Below, piece by piece: positions 24,240 through 36,440 of a stretch of DNA of 64,000 nucleotides (within the stretch, counting starts at the first letter, position 1; each line of letters starts with the position of its first letter). Made by a program: the position numbers and the translations under genes. The notes under the pieces were generated by a model that was given only the letters and a program-made list of their open reading frames with translations, ran no database searches and had not been told where the DNA came from. The DNA is taken from NCBI GenBank assembly GCA_008632985.1, contig QPGO01000076.1, positions 248,001-312,000 of the forward strand, given 5' to 3'. Source of the DNA: Psammoneis japonica. Lineage: Eukaryota.

Positions 24240-25100
24240 AATGAAATTTCTTGACAGAGGTTTCTTTCTCCTCAGCTGGAAATGGTTTCCCACTCTGCAT
24301 CTGCTGAAGATGGATGAGGTTTGGCGGCACTTGGTCATGGGGGGGGGGGGTTGTTCATGCCTTTGTTGACAAGATGAAAGGGCTTGTCCATGATCTTGAT
24401 GAGGCCAGATGCACACTCACACCACACAATGTTCTTGGCAGCACTCAGTGTGCACCCAAGGAAGATGCCCTTCTGAGAGTTGTTGTGCAGCTTGGCTGGG
24501 CACTTGGTGTTCTTGCTTGCGGCCGGGCCCAGACATGGCAGCCAAATGTGTGAAAACCAGCAAAGTCCCCAACCTTTCCTGCAGCAAGAGTGATGGGAGA
24601 GACATCTTGGATGCAAGTGCAATGATGGAGTGCATGTTTCCAAAACTTGACTGGCAAATCAGCTCTGATGAGCATGGCCTGGAGATTGTGTTCTGTGCTG
24701 CTGAGTGACTGCGTTCAATGGGGCCACTCTGATTGGAGGTGTCCATGCCAGAAGGACACACACAGTGCACCAAAATCTTGCTCAAAAGGTCTGTGCACTG
24801 ACAGACAGATGCTGTGAAATTCACCACCTTGACCCACAAATGCGCCACACTTGTCTTGACATTTTGGTGAGTTCACCTGCAAAAACGGCAAACTCATTTG
24901 ATTGGAGTGGCCTTGAAAACAATGGTGGGCGGTGGAGCCATGGAGCCAATGGCTGCAATGTTTCTCCACAGCCTCTTTTGCATGACATTTTTGCCACAAA
25001 TGTTGGCACCACCAAAGACAGGCTTCTTTGGAGAGCAAGCCACTGCAGGCTGGAGTTTTGCTGCTGCGCACCACTGTGTGAACAAGAGCGCACATTTGAT
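24240..25100 (-). mobile_element. Fragment of a second Copia family (integrase region)
   Basis: DTSNQSGPIERSH, ADLPVKFWKHALHH, FHTFGCHVWARP, PAKLHNNSQKGIFLGC match the Copia integrase C-terminal half. Confidence 0.7.
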
Positions 25101-25976
25101 CTGTTTTCTTGGTGCTCAGAATCAAGTGCAGCGTCAATGGACACAGCTTCTCTGCTCATGAGAGAAAAAAGAAAGAGCCCTCAGCTCAAAGTGCTTCAAA
25201 AATTGCCTTCTCGTGATGTTTGCATCTGGCATCTGCAGCCAAGGAAAAGCTTGGTGTGTGCAGAGTGCCTGGCTCTGCTGCAGCAGCCACCTGCCCACGA
25301 CCAAGTCAGAAAACTTCCCTCTGCCCTCCACAGCTGTGCCAGAGTGGGCAGTGGCACTTTTGTCAGTCCAAAAGCAAGGGCAATCTGGATGAACTGCTCC
25401 TGGAGCAAGAAAAGTGTGGGTTTGATCATCTGCCAGCCACAAAACTTCTTCTCTGTGTTCCAGAGCTTTCTTTCTTTCTTTGGCTGGGTGGCTTTTGCTT
25501 TCTCGGCAGACAACTGTGCTGTTCAACTGCTTGCCATCATGCAGCAGAGCATTTTGACATTGAGAAGTCCTGCATCAGTTACAATGGCAGCAACTGCAAA
25601 TCTCATGATTAGCGCAATGCCCTTTCTTTGGTGTGAGGCACGACGACCACGCGCGTTGGTTTCGCGTGAGAATCGTATACTCCTATTAACCATTGAATAA
25701 AGTTATGATGATGATCGCGGAATGAGATTGGCGAATCCGTTGCGCGTAGAATCCATGTTGAAAATACCGTATCTTTTCTCGTTGTACCGAGTCTACGAAA
25801 TTTCTACGATGAAATTGCCACCGCCACATCACCGCCAAAAAAGTGAGACACAAACTCGCGTCATCGCCGTTGTTGTGTTCTGTCAAATCGCAACAGAGCT
25901 GTTGTTGTCTCAACCACGTTTTTGTTGTGTGTGTTTGAACCATCTTTTCTAGTTCCCACAAAAGTCTGAAACGAAT

Positions 25977-26708
25977 ATGTCTCGAGAAGCAAACCCAAGA
26001 GAGCGCAAGAGGCAAAAGACCGAAGCTGCTCCTTCGACTTCGGAAGCTGCGTCCGCTCCTGCCGCAGTGACACCTGACAAGTCGTCGTCCAAGAAGCGGA
26101 CAGCTGCTGTCGTCAGTCCGAGTCGGAAAAAGAGGAGGGTAACGGGCGGTTCAGCAGAAGCTCCTCCTACAGTCACTCCTCCCAGGGCTGACAAAACGGA
26201 AGCAGCGGCGCCGACGGAGAAGAAAAGCTCAAAACGGGAAACATCTGCCGTAGGACCAGTCGCCTCTGCTCCTGTTCCGTCAATGATTACAAGAAGTAAA
26301 GCCAAGAACACTGCCGCCGTGTCGACTGTTACTACAGCTTCTCCTATAGTTACAGCTTTTCCTACTCCTGCAGCCGCAACTCCCAAGGGCAGGCCCAAGT
26401 TGACCAAGGCGCAGAAACGCGCTCTCGGTGTAAAACCCAGGAAAAAGGATGTAAAGGCTTGGGTTGTCTTGGTATCTTGCATGGTGGCTATTCTTCTTGT
26501 CTGGCTTTGGATCTTTTTGTCGCATTCTCGCTACGTGACAAAGTCAAAAGGGACGACTTTATCTCTTGCTCCAGCCCTCCAACCGGTGACAAAGGAAGAG
26601 CCTCCCCCGGCCAAGGCTCCCGCTGTCAAGCCCAAGAAACAGAAGCTAGCTCCAGAGGACAAGGCCGGCAGTGATTCAATGATGTGGGCCAGTGCGGTCA
26701 TGAATTAA
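25977..26708 (+). CDS. Hypothetical 243-aa protein: basic low-complexity N-terminus with NLS-like stretches, single TM helix
   Basis: Clean ATG-TAA ORF in TpA-normal DNA. PSRKKRR stretch and hydrophobic AWVVLVSCMVAILLVWLWIFL. Confidence 0.7.
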   Translation: MSREANPRERKRQKTEAAPSTSEAASAPAAVTPDKSSSKKRTAAVVSPSRKKRRVTGGSAEAPPTVTPPRADKTEAAAPTEKKSSKRETSAVGPVASAPVPSMITRSKAKNTAAVSTVTTASPIVTAFPTPAAATPKGRPKLTKAQKRALGVKPRKKDVKAWVVLVSCMVAILLVWLWIFLSHSRYVTKSKGTTLSLAPALQPVTKEEPPPAKAPAVKPKKQKLAPEDKAGSDSMMWASAVMN

Positions 26709-26856
26709 AAAGACCGTGGATGTGGTTGGTAGCAACGACAAAATGCGAGTCGGAGCAGATATTTTTTTAGGACTCCAGGACAGAATGTTTGATTTTAAAT
26801 AGCATTCTACTTTATAACTTTTTTTCCTATCGATACATTTTGATTCGCAGTAACGC

Positions 26857-28802
26857 CTAAAGATTGTAATCAATGGTCTCCACGGAATCGGGCTGCTGAG
26901 TTGATACAAAAACTCGTTGGATCATTGCCATGGTTCGAACAGATACACCTTCAGACTCGAGTCGACGGCGCAAATCCTTTGCCACTCGACGGAACCTCGA
27001 ATATCGAGCAGGCGAAGCGTTGTTATTATTGACTTGCTCCTCGTCTTGCTCTTGTGGTTGGTCCTCTGCTGCTGCTGAAGACAACATGTGGTTGAGCAAG
27101 TCCACAATTCCACCATTGATATACACCAAACTGTCTCCATAGGTGGACATTTCATGGATTTGATCGTCTTGCAAAACAGTTTCAACCTTGCCCGAAAGAA
27201 TGCATGTGAATTGCGAGTCAAACCGAATCTCATAGAGCCACCGCCTCGATCCCTGCCAAGTAGTACCATAGAGTTGTTCCCATTCAATAATGCCATGAAA
27301 TGTTTTCGTACTCAGGTCCCATGTAATGTTGCTAAAGGCTACTTGAGAAGGTATTGGAGAGCCGTCATCCAACGGTGGCCATTGTCCGCACAGGGAGTGC
27401 TCGTAACAAATGTAGCAGTTGTCGTCTGAAAGAAAATGATAGGATGCCAAACCAACTTTGAGAGCTTGAATGAATGTGTTTCCCCACAAGTCTTGAGAAT
27501 GATACGATGGCATGGATGTGGAACGATGTGCATCTGAATGAACACGATGGTAGACGAGACCGCGGGTAGGGCCAAACAACTGTACCTTATGTGGTGGGTT
27601 TGTTTCTATTGTTTGGCGTTCCTTGTTGTTGAGAAGAAGCAGATGAGCAAGCAGCGCACTACACAAGGGTCCAATTCAGATACTCAAACTCACCCATTTT
27701 ATTTTGGTATACTCGGGATCATTTGTGGTCCATGTCACGATACCTCCCACCGGCGGACCCTGTGGCTGTGCCTCCAAGTCAACGCCAGAGGTTGCTGTTT
27801 GAAGCGTAGCAGTGTCTCCTCCATGAAAAGTCATGGGCCATGTAAATTTAGGCGTGCTGGGATTGCTGGTATCAAGCGTATATTCAAAGGGACCCAACCG
27901 AAACACTCCTCCCTGAATGTTAATGCACGCCACTATACCTGGGGAAGATTCCCATGTAACTTTCCATTTGCCATCCAACGGCCATGGATAAGCAACGCCT
28001 GGAGGACGGTCGCGTCGTTTTACCAAAGTTCCACTCGAAACATGACGCAGATCCGAAGAAAACTGCAAAACCATTTCCCATACTCTAGATCCATGGAAGG
28101 TTCTGGAGCTCTCAGTATCGTGCTACAATTCAGACATGCTGTGAGTCGACGGGAATCAACAATCAATCGAGGACACGAAACATAGGCGACGTTGCATACC
28201 TTGCACCATACCAGCCTCCCGTGAAAGGTTCTAGTCTTGTCATGAAAGTGACAACCCTCTTCAAAGTATTTTCGAGACGGGGGTGGTGACCCATCATCCA
28301 ATGTTACATCCCCGTTGACATTTTCAAAACTCATATACGGCAAAGGGCGACCATGAGAATCATGTTCGGTTTGTTGCTGATCTTTATCATCTGGAAAGTG
28401 CAAGCTATAGCTTCCCACAACTTGAGCATAGGTCAAACCTGCAATAGGTGAAAGGTGAATATTGTAATTCTTTTTATACAAATTTTCGTTGGATCGCTGC
28501 TCTTTCAATTCAAACAGACTGAGTTCGGCTCGGCAGATGGGACACCGCCCGAGAGTCGTTGCCAGCAAGTGAGAATCGGGATCGTTTTCTGGTATGTAGC
28601 TATGAGGCGGCGGACGCTTTGCTAATAAAATACGTTCCATACAGGCAACACAGAGACTGTGACCACATGGGCCTGCCACGCTGACATTGTCTTCAGGCGC
28701 TGCAAAGCAAATGGGACAGCAACACTCCTCCTCATCTTCCTGGTCTGTTGTTGCCAAGGACGACGATGATTGCTTCTCGTTTTCTTCCTCGTTTCTCTTC
28801 AT
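26857..28802 (-). CDS. RING-finger protein with a duplicated uncharacterised domain (3 exons: 28802-28200, 28122-27694, 27621-26857; about 598 aa)
   Basis: CPIC...CGHSLCVAC...CPIC. GT-AG introns 28123-28199 (77 nt) and 27622-27693 (72 nt) join three ORFs in frame. LDDGSP...TFHG...W motif occurs twice. Confidence 0.82.
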
Positions 28803-29204
28803 ATTGTCAAACTGTTTAGCAATCTTATTGATCGATCTCCGGAGTTTAAATAGCAACAGTAGCGATGGTACAGACAGTAAGTCAACAGCAATCACCAGCA
28901 CAACTCTAACTCAGCATCGCAACACCTCACACCTCGCATGCTGGATCGAAGCGCGACGCTCTGCGTTGTTTTGGGCGAATAATGTTTGATCTCCATGCAT
29001 GAAATTAAAAGTATGTATTTTCAATCTCGCTTTTAGTCAAATCCGCGACCATTCAACGAAATTCAACATTCTGAATGAATGCGTTGGATCGCGAAAAGAA
29101 ACGGCAGGCGAAATCTCGAGGACAAATTCTGCGGAATTCTGTCATTTGGACTTGTTCTTTATTCATCACCGCAGCGCTGAAACATACCGTATTCCAAAGC
29201 AACC

Positions 29205-30301
29205 ATGTCGGGTAGCGCTGCTGCTTGGTCGGACACCGACGATATTCTATGCCCACTTTGTCACGATTTCTTTGGGTTTGACTTGGCGGCGAGTGATCGA
29301 TCCACCCTTCCGGTTCGTTCGAGGGAATGTGATCACTGCATTTGTCATGGGTGCCTCGGTGTGCAGCATTCCATGCTAGTAGCAGCAGGTCGCCCGACTG
29401 CTCGACATGTGCCGTGTCCGGTTTGTAATGAGCCAAAAGCATTTGACGCCCAGGATCCTCGGCCATGCCGGAAGACTTGCCGGATCGTTACTCATTTTCT
29501 TGAAGAGCCACATTCTGGTAATCAAGAAACGAAATCAGTGGCGGTCAAACAAGAGCATGGAGACGAGTTACAGGACAACAGTAATGAAGGGCTAAGTATC
29601 TTTGGTGAGGAGGAAAGTGGACGCGCTGCTGTAGCAGTTACGAACAAGCGTCAGATAAAAGTCGAGGAAAATCAAGACCGAAAACAGAAAGCGAAATCAA
29701 GCAATCGTGACGAAACGAGCCCTCATGCTACAAACTCCGACGCAGTAGAAACGACTGTTCAAACGGATTACACTCCTCCTCCCACTGTGTCTCCTACTAT
29801 GCCTGAACCGTCCGAAACCAAGACGCCAGGTAAACCCATTGGTGTAGCACGTGGCAGAAAGCGTCAGGTAGAATCCACGGACGACAGAAACCTGAAGAAG
29901 AAAGCCAAATCAAACCATCGTCCTGGAAAGAGCACTGATGTAAAAAACTCTCACAGAGTAAAAGCGAAGGCCAATCGAGTGGCACAGGTCCTGCCGTGGT
30001 GTCTCCTATAAAACAAGAAGCAACATTGCCAGTAGAATCGGGAACCATCTCCTTGACTGACCTGCTCCATGAGAAGAAAATGAAGCCTTCTCGCGACTAT
30101 GACAATGCTGGAGTATGGATTGGCAAAGGTCCACGCAATGAGCGTGAACTCTTGCGTTTCTATTCAGATGGAGTCGGACTGATTCAAGCCAAAAAGAAAC
30201 GATGGGAGTGGGACGCAGCGGATCCGGAACTCGTTAAAGTACGTGCGATTCTAGAAAATACAAGAGGGTACAAGAGCTCCCCAGAGAAAGCATTGGAATG
30301 A
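29205..30301 (+). CDS. RING-type zinc-finger protein with an apparent frameshift at an A6 run (about 29942-29947)
   Basis: CPLC...CDHCICHGC...CPVC followed by low-complexity charged sequence. The downstream frame (ORF 29996..30301) is open back to the A run. Confidence 0.65.
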
Positions 30302-30958
30302 CCTGAAACGAGCAAGCGCAACGGATCACCAGGTTGGTCGGTTTATAGCCTCTAGTAGCAGTTGCACAAGCAAATGTCAGCATCGTCAATCCTTATCGAC
30401 ATGTCGCCTTTCCGATGACCTTCATTGTAAGCGTTGCCTTGTCGGTGTTGCTGTCTGCGAAGTCTATTGCTTTTCCCCCTATATAATAAAAAATAGTTTA
30501 TTTTTTTATGAGAGTATGGTAGCTTGCGATGGCATGCTTTCTCAAATTCGATGAAGATTCAGGGAACAAGGCGGCAGTCAAGACTCAGTTCAATGGCCTC
30601 ATCTCTATGATGGCCCCCCTTTACCCCATGGCGAACCTATCTGACTAAACACTGTTAGTGGAGATGTGAATCCTGTACGAAGTATACGGAGTACTATCAG
30701 GTTATATGGTGTATATAATCACTGTCAAATACGCGTGTTGGGTTGATCATTGGGAAAAGGTGTACTGTTCGCGAATTATGCATCGCAGTCATTTGAACTT
30801 TTTCAGTGAGGTAGTATAAAAGACGGCCGCCGGAACAGGAAAAGCTGATACAACCAAGATCCGGCGAAACGTAGAAATGTAACATGTAAGCACCACGGGT
30901 AGAATGAAAGTAGAACGTATCATTCCGTCCTAATCTCTCGCGCCATTGAGCATGTCTC

Positions 30959-33286
30959 TTAAGGTTCAAAAGAGAGCGCCCCAGGGCAAGTTTCCACCTT
31001 GTCAGCAACTTGATCGACCATGGCAGATTCCTCGTCCTGGCCCTTTGCAATTTCAATCGGGTTCTTGCTAACGGACCCTTTATTGGGTTTCAACAAGCTC
31101 GCGTTCTTCTTGTCGAGAACAGCGCGACGGAATTCCTCTCTAGAAACCTCACCACTTTCATCCGTGTCCATGCTAGCAAACAACTGCTGGATCTGATCCG
31201 TGGTGAATCCTGCGTCGACGAGCGGATCGGTAACTTCGCCCACATCAATAGCGTCAGACTGGTCAATATCGATAGCGTTGAAAAGCTCGTCAGCTTCAGC
31301 TTCCGTCTTTACGCCATGGATAACGATTTTTTTGATTTCCTGGGCTACAGTATCTGGATCATCGGCATTGGTTATTACGGACGAGAACATGCCCGTGCGA
31401 CGGCTTTGGGCTCGCTTCAGCTTCTCGTCCGACTTCAGCTTGTCTTGGGTGCAACTAAACCGGCCAAGTACGACTTCACAGATTCGCACCACTGCAAAGC
31501 CGACAAGCAAACCCAATGCCAACGAGGTGGAAATAACCATGAGACCCCCAAAGACATTGTTGGCCGCGTCATTGGTTTCATACGTCTTGATCGTTTGGTC
31601 CGTGCCTTCAATCTTGATCTCGCTCTCAATAAGAGGCGGCGGGAAGATGAGATTGAACCAGAACTTGGCAATTAGAGACCCCGGTACGAGCTGGTAGAGT
31701 GCCGGCATGAGAATACTCCAAATATTCATATCTTGGGATCCTACTATCGTCTCAATGATGAGATTCTCTTCAAAGGGTTCCAGCTCGATCTCTGTATCTT
31801 GGCCTTTTCGTCTGGCCTCAGAGAGTTTCTTCTCCAAGTCCAGCTTTTGGCGGTCACTCTTGCGGCCCAAACGAGTGACGCTACCAAAGTAAACACCGCA
31901 CGTCATGGTCTTGTGAATCACATTTCCGGCAGCGGAATTGGCTTCATCGTGTTGGAGGATGCGGCCGTCATGGTAGTAGCGGAGCTTGTTGACATACCAC
32001 GAGAGCCCGCACGCAGTTACAACGGCGGCAGCGCTACCCAAAACATTGGATGTGGCCGTGTCCAAATTGTCACGTGCATGAATGGTGGAAAAGTACTTGA
32101 GCAGCTCGTACTGCACTTCGTATGCCACAAGCATGACAATGAGAGCTCGCCAGTAGCGAAGAATGGGAAAGCGGTAGTGTCCCAAGGCAGCGCAGGAACC
32201 CAAGAGGAAGAGTGGGATGCGCCACCACTCATCGTCCAAGTCAATTCGATTGCAATTGTCAGCCGCATCAAACCACGCCTGCTGGGCGTCTCCCACGACT
32301 TGCAGTCCAAAGGCGGCCCCGAGGCTGAGCACAAAGGTCTTGACGCTCACGGCAATGAAGCGCGTGACTCCAACCGACAACTCGCCGGCAATAATCTCAA
32401 GGATGCCAATAACAAAGGCTGTTCCGTAAAAGAACCAATACAGCGCCCCGAGAAAAATGGCAGAAAGGCATATTTCATCATCCTCGTAACGGTAGTATAA
32501 CCCGGTAATAAGTCCAATGGTAGTACCTACCAGAACGTCAGTGAGGATGCTTGCGCTGCAGAAAGTAAGCAACCACTGGACACAGCCTGCAGCAAATCCA
32601 CAGAGAGCGGCAATACCGAAATCAGTCCAGTCGCCATTGAAAAAAATAACAGCACAATTGGCTGCCACTAACGGGTACAAGACGAGACGTCCGGGAAAGT
32701 CTCGCAAGAACCTTCCAGAAGCCGCCGTGTGCTTGCCCGCTTTGGTTTCGGACTGGTAAATGAGCGCCTCGTTAATGGTAATGTCGCCATCCATGAGTGC
32801 CACCGCAATACGGTAGTACATGTCTTGGTACTCACTGTCGTAGTCGCAGGGGACCTTGCGATGGAGTTCGTGACCACCATCCTGCAGACGAAACTGCATT
32901 TGAGAGACTCCCAAGTCCCACGTCATGCGGAGGCGAAAGTGATCCTTGAGCTGTAGTAACAAGATACGAAACGAAAAAATCTTAGCACATAAAGTGTTTG
33001 TACGTTCTCGAGGGAAACAGAGTCCGAAGTTGCATGAACTCACCTGCTGCAAAATCTTGGAGGTCAAAAGCGTCAGGTGCCATGCACGGTGGAGCTCCAC
33101 AGCTGTACGCACGGCAAACATGACCTGCAAGCCGTACTCTTCTCCAAACTTGGCCGCCAAGGACTTGTACACCCGCTGCATGTCGGCCGGTAAGGTCTTG
33201 ATGTTAAACTTTTTCTCGGTGAGATGGACCATTCCGCGAATGTCCGCGCCATTCCAGTCCGACGATGGCTCGCGCTTGGACGACAT
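30959..33286 (-). CDS. ThrE-family (threonine/serine exporter-like) multi-pass membrane protein with C-terminal EF-hands. In-frame 93-nt intron 32951-33043
   Basis: About 10 hydrophobic segments. GILEIIAGELSVGVTRF and LYQLVPGS resemble ThrE motifs. EF-hands DIDQSDAIDVGEV and DTDESGEVSREEF. Splice sites CAG|GTGAGT and CTACAG|. Confidence 0.8.
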   Translation of the reverse strand: MSSKREPSSDWNGADIRGMVHLTEKKFNIKTLPADMQRVYKSLAAKFGEEYGLQVMFAVRTAVELHRAWHLTLLTSKILQQVSSCNFGLCFPRERTNTLCAKIFSFRILLLQLKDHFRLRMTWDLGVSQMQFRLQDGGHELHRKVPCDYDSEYQDMYYRIAVALMDGDITINEALIYQSETKAGKHTAASGRFLRDFPGRLVLYPLVAANCAVIFFNGDWTDFGIAALCGFAAGCVQWLLTFCSASILTDVLVGTTIGLITGLYYRYEDDEICLSAIFLGALYWFFYGTAFVIGILEIIAGELSVGVTRFIAVSVKTFVLSLGAAFGLQVVGDAQQAWFDAADNCNRIDLDDEWWRIPLFLLGSCAALGHYRFPILRYWRALIVMLVAYEVQYELLKYFSTIHARDNLDTATSNVLGSAAAVVTACGLSWYVNKLRYYHDGRILQHDEANSAAGNVIHKTMTCGVYFGSVTRLGRKSDRQKLDLEKKLSEARRKGQDTEIELEPFEENLIIETIVGSQDMNIWSILMPALYQLVPGSLIAKFWFNLIFPPPLIESEIKIEGTDQTIKTYETNDAANNVFGGLMVISTSLALGLLVGFAVVRICEVVLGRFSCTQDKLKSDEKLKRAQSRRTGMFSSVITNADDPDTVAQEIKKIVIHGVKTEAEADELFNAIDIDQSDAIDVGEVTDPLVDAGFTTDQIQQLFASMDTDESGEVSREEFRRAVLDKKNASLLKPNKGSVSKNPIEIAKGQDEESAMVDQVADKVETCPGALSFEP

Positions 33287-35600
33287 GGTGATGGTGCTTA
33301 CAACAACAAGGACAGCGACAGGTTCAGGTCGTTATGGGTATGAATGATCGATGAGAATGATACAGTTAGAACCGCTTTGGTGCCCCGGTGCGGTATCTGC
33401 TGCCATTTTTTGACATTTGTTCCTTGGAGTGAACCTCACTTTTTGGTCATCCGAAACACGGCATGCAGGAATAGGTCTAGCTAGCTAGCTACAGTAGGTA
33501 GGTAGGTACATACATAGCGCACTTGCCAGATTGCGCCGCGCACCTCGCGCAACGCACATCCATCCCGATGTGTCGAGTGCTGCGCGCTGATTTGACAATT
33601 TGTTGTTGTGATTTATCCAAACAACTTTCTGGTGGTGAACAATGCAGGATTCTACCTTGATGTGACAAAAGGTTTTTTGATGAGATTGTGTGTTTTGCAA
33701 AGTTTTGCATTCTTGAAGCCTGTGCTGCTGCAAGAGTGCTTGCCCGGCTGCAGCTTGCGGGTGTGCTTCCCAGTGGCTGCGATCGAGACCCCATCAAATG
33801 TTGGCTGACATGCTGCACTTTAAAAAAATGTGCAGGTCCCATTTGTGAAAGACATTCCAGCTGTTGCATCTGCTGCATTTGTCCACACTGGCGTGCTCGC
33901 ATCATCCAACTCCCCCCCCCCGACTTGCTGCTGACAAAGGAGAGAGGCAAAAGCCCACTGAGCATGTGCTGGCTCATCTTGGATTCTTGGCAATTGCCGC
34001 TGCATTTTGCCACTTTACACTGACCACCCCAGCGCAGATTCAAGTGCTGGCTGTGGCTTTGAATTGGTTTGCTGTGCTCACTGGCACAAGAGCACCAGCA
34101 ATGGCACCCCTTGTTTTTTTCCAATTTTTGGTGCAGCATCACAAGAGCTGTCTGAGACACACCCCAACAAGACCCTGCATTTTGCACATGTGTGTTGTCA
34201 CCCATGCTCCACCAGAGGTGTAAATTTGCAAACTTCTGGCACAGAGAGCACAACAGCAATCTTTCGTGCTGTAGAGTCATTTGCGCAGAAATGTGCAGAA
34301 CAGTGCCAAGACAATCATTGAAAAGTCTGTCTGTCTGTCCTTGGTGAATTTTAACTTTGCAAAAAACAATGGACTTGACTGTTTTCTGATCAGGTGCATT
34401 TTTCTTCAACACATTTGCAAAAACACACCTGACCCGACAACAGTCAAGTCCATTTTTACACAAATTGTGTGAACATGACAGTTTCAGTGCAAAAACTTGT
34501 AGATTCCACAGGCACCCACAGTTGTTCTGTGCTTTTTACATCGCGGGTCATTTTCAAAAGATTCCCATTGAGAGAGCAGGGCTTCACTCCTTCACTCATT
34601 GGCTGACAAAGAGCTCCAACTGGGCACACCAGCTGCTTTTTTGGATGCTGAGGGAGGGCTCTTGACTCTCACATCATCAGAGGAGCCCACAAAATGTGTT
34701 TCACCCCTCTCTGCTGGCTGCTTTGCATGGTGCACAAAATGCTTTTCCTGCAAGGTTTGAGCGCGGGTTTTGTGTCATTTTGTCTCAACTTGTGCTGGCT
34801 GCAGAGCACACAGCTGTCATCTTTCATGATGATTTGGGGGGGGCAACCATCATGAAAAATGGGGGTGTGCAAATGCAAGAACTGCGTCAGCTGGGCAGCA
34901 CGCAGGTGGAGTGTTGCTGTTTCTGGCTTGGTGCTCCAAAGCTTTGCACAGCTCTCAAAGTTGTCAAGCAGCTTGTGCAAAACTTTCCATTTTGTTTTCA
35001 AGCTGACTTTTCAAAGTTCACAAGAAAATCACACTCACACACATTTGTGGCTCAAATTCAAGAAATTCCTCTGATTGCAGACCCAACCCTGAGCTCTTCT
35101 GGTCATGAAACGGTGCACCCATTTGCTGCAGCTGGGGCTCTGCTGTGAGAAGAGCAAAAAGCAACAAGTTGGCAGTGTGGTGCACTGGCACTGCGGCTGT
35201 CCCACATGGAATGTCGCACAAAAGTGCAGCTGCACACACTGAGCGAGACAAGTGTTTTGTCAGGGTCAACTCATCTTTTGCACTCAAATCGTTGCAGAGT
35301 TGTCGCTGCACTTGGAAATTGTGTGAGCCGAGCTTGCGCTGTTTCTGGCCCAAGCTGTGCCACTGCTGCTGGTTTGCACACTGCTGTTGGGCAAGAAGCC
35401 TGCTAGCTTGTTCTCCCTCTTTTTGGCTTTTTGGCTGCCCTCCTCTGGCAACGCTTGCCAAATTGTCATCGGTCACTTTTGCGACAGTTGGCAGTCTGTC
35501 CGTCAATGGGGCGACGATAATCTACGACCAAGAAGACAAGACTGCCCGCGAGCAAATCGTTTTGGCGAGCGGGGAACACAAAAAGAACCATCAGTTGCCC

Positions 35601-36440
35601 ATGACGAATCGATTTTCGGCTCGCCTTCTCTGTTTCCTTATTCTGTTTGTCATTGAAGCCATTGCCATGGTGGCTTCCGACACTTCCCAGTCAATTCGAG
35701 TAATGACACTAAACGTTGCTCATGGAAGAAAACGTCGCTTTCATCAAACGTTCATATTCACATCGACCATTCGCAGTCATCTGGATGAGATCGCCGAGGT
35801 CATTCAACGAGAAGACCCTGATGTTGCAGCGTTACAAGAAGCAGATGGACCGTGTTGGTGGAGTGGAAGATTTGACCACGTAAAATACATTGCAGACAAG
35901 TGTGGCATGAAGTGTGCGTTTCGGGGTTCACACATGAACTTGTTCCGATTGGACTACGGAACTGCCATCATCTCAAAAGTGCCATTGATCAACAGTGAAT
36001 CAATCCCGTTTCCATCTACATGCCCGTCACCGCCAAAAGGCTTTGTGATTGGCAACGTCAAGTGGAACGGTTTGGATGTTGATGTGGTTTCGGTTCACCT
36101 CGATTTCTTGAGAGCATCAAAGCAGCGAGAGCAAGTTCAAATGATTGCCGACAAGGCACGGCAACGAAAGAGACCAGTGACAATCATGGGTGACTTTAAC
36201 TGTGGGTGGGAAGGGGATGCTTCGCCACTACAAATGCTCTGTGATGATCTCAATTTGAAAGCATTTCGTTCGAAAGAGACAGAAGGATTGGAGAGTTATT
36301 ATATTGCCTCGAAAGGAATGCGTCTCGACTGGATTCTTCTCCCGTTTGAATCACACATGGACTTTTCTGAATGTTCTACAGTGCCAGATGTTCTATCTGA
36401 CCATTTTGCTGTACGCTCAGAAGTGAAGATGTTGAATTGA
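35601..36440 (+). CDS. Endonuclease/exonuclease/phosphatase (EEP) family protein with N-terminal signal/anchor, 279 aa, intronless
   Basis: IRVMTLNV, DVAALQEAD, SVHLD, MGDFN, RLDWIL, SDHFAV. Confidence 0.9.
   Translation: MTNRFSARLLCFLILFVIEAIAMVASDTSQSIRVMTLNVAHGRKRRFHQTFIFTSTIRSHLDEIAEVIQREDPDVAALQEADGPCWWSGRFDHVKYIADKCGMKCAFRGSHMNLFRLDYGTAIISKVPLINSESIPFPSTCPSPPKGFVIGNVKWNGLDVDVVSVHLDFLRASKQREQVQMIADKARQRKRPVTIMGDFNCGWEGDASPLQMLCDDLNLKAFRSKETEGLESYYIASKGMRLDWILLPFESHMDFSECSTVPDVLSDHFAVRSEVKMLN

Noticed and set aside
32951..33043. Segment VSSCNF...RILLLQ as part of the ThrE protein
   Set aside because: It has canonical GTGAGT and CTACAG ends and a length of 93 nt, so it is most likely an in-frame intron.
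35145..35600. 152-aa N-terminal extension of the EEP ORF
   Set aside because: Most of it lies in stop-depleted DNA and it starts at a non-ATG codon. The ATG at 35601 precedes a signal-like peptide.
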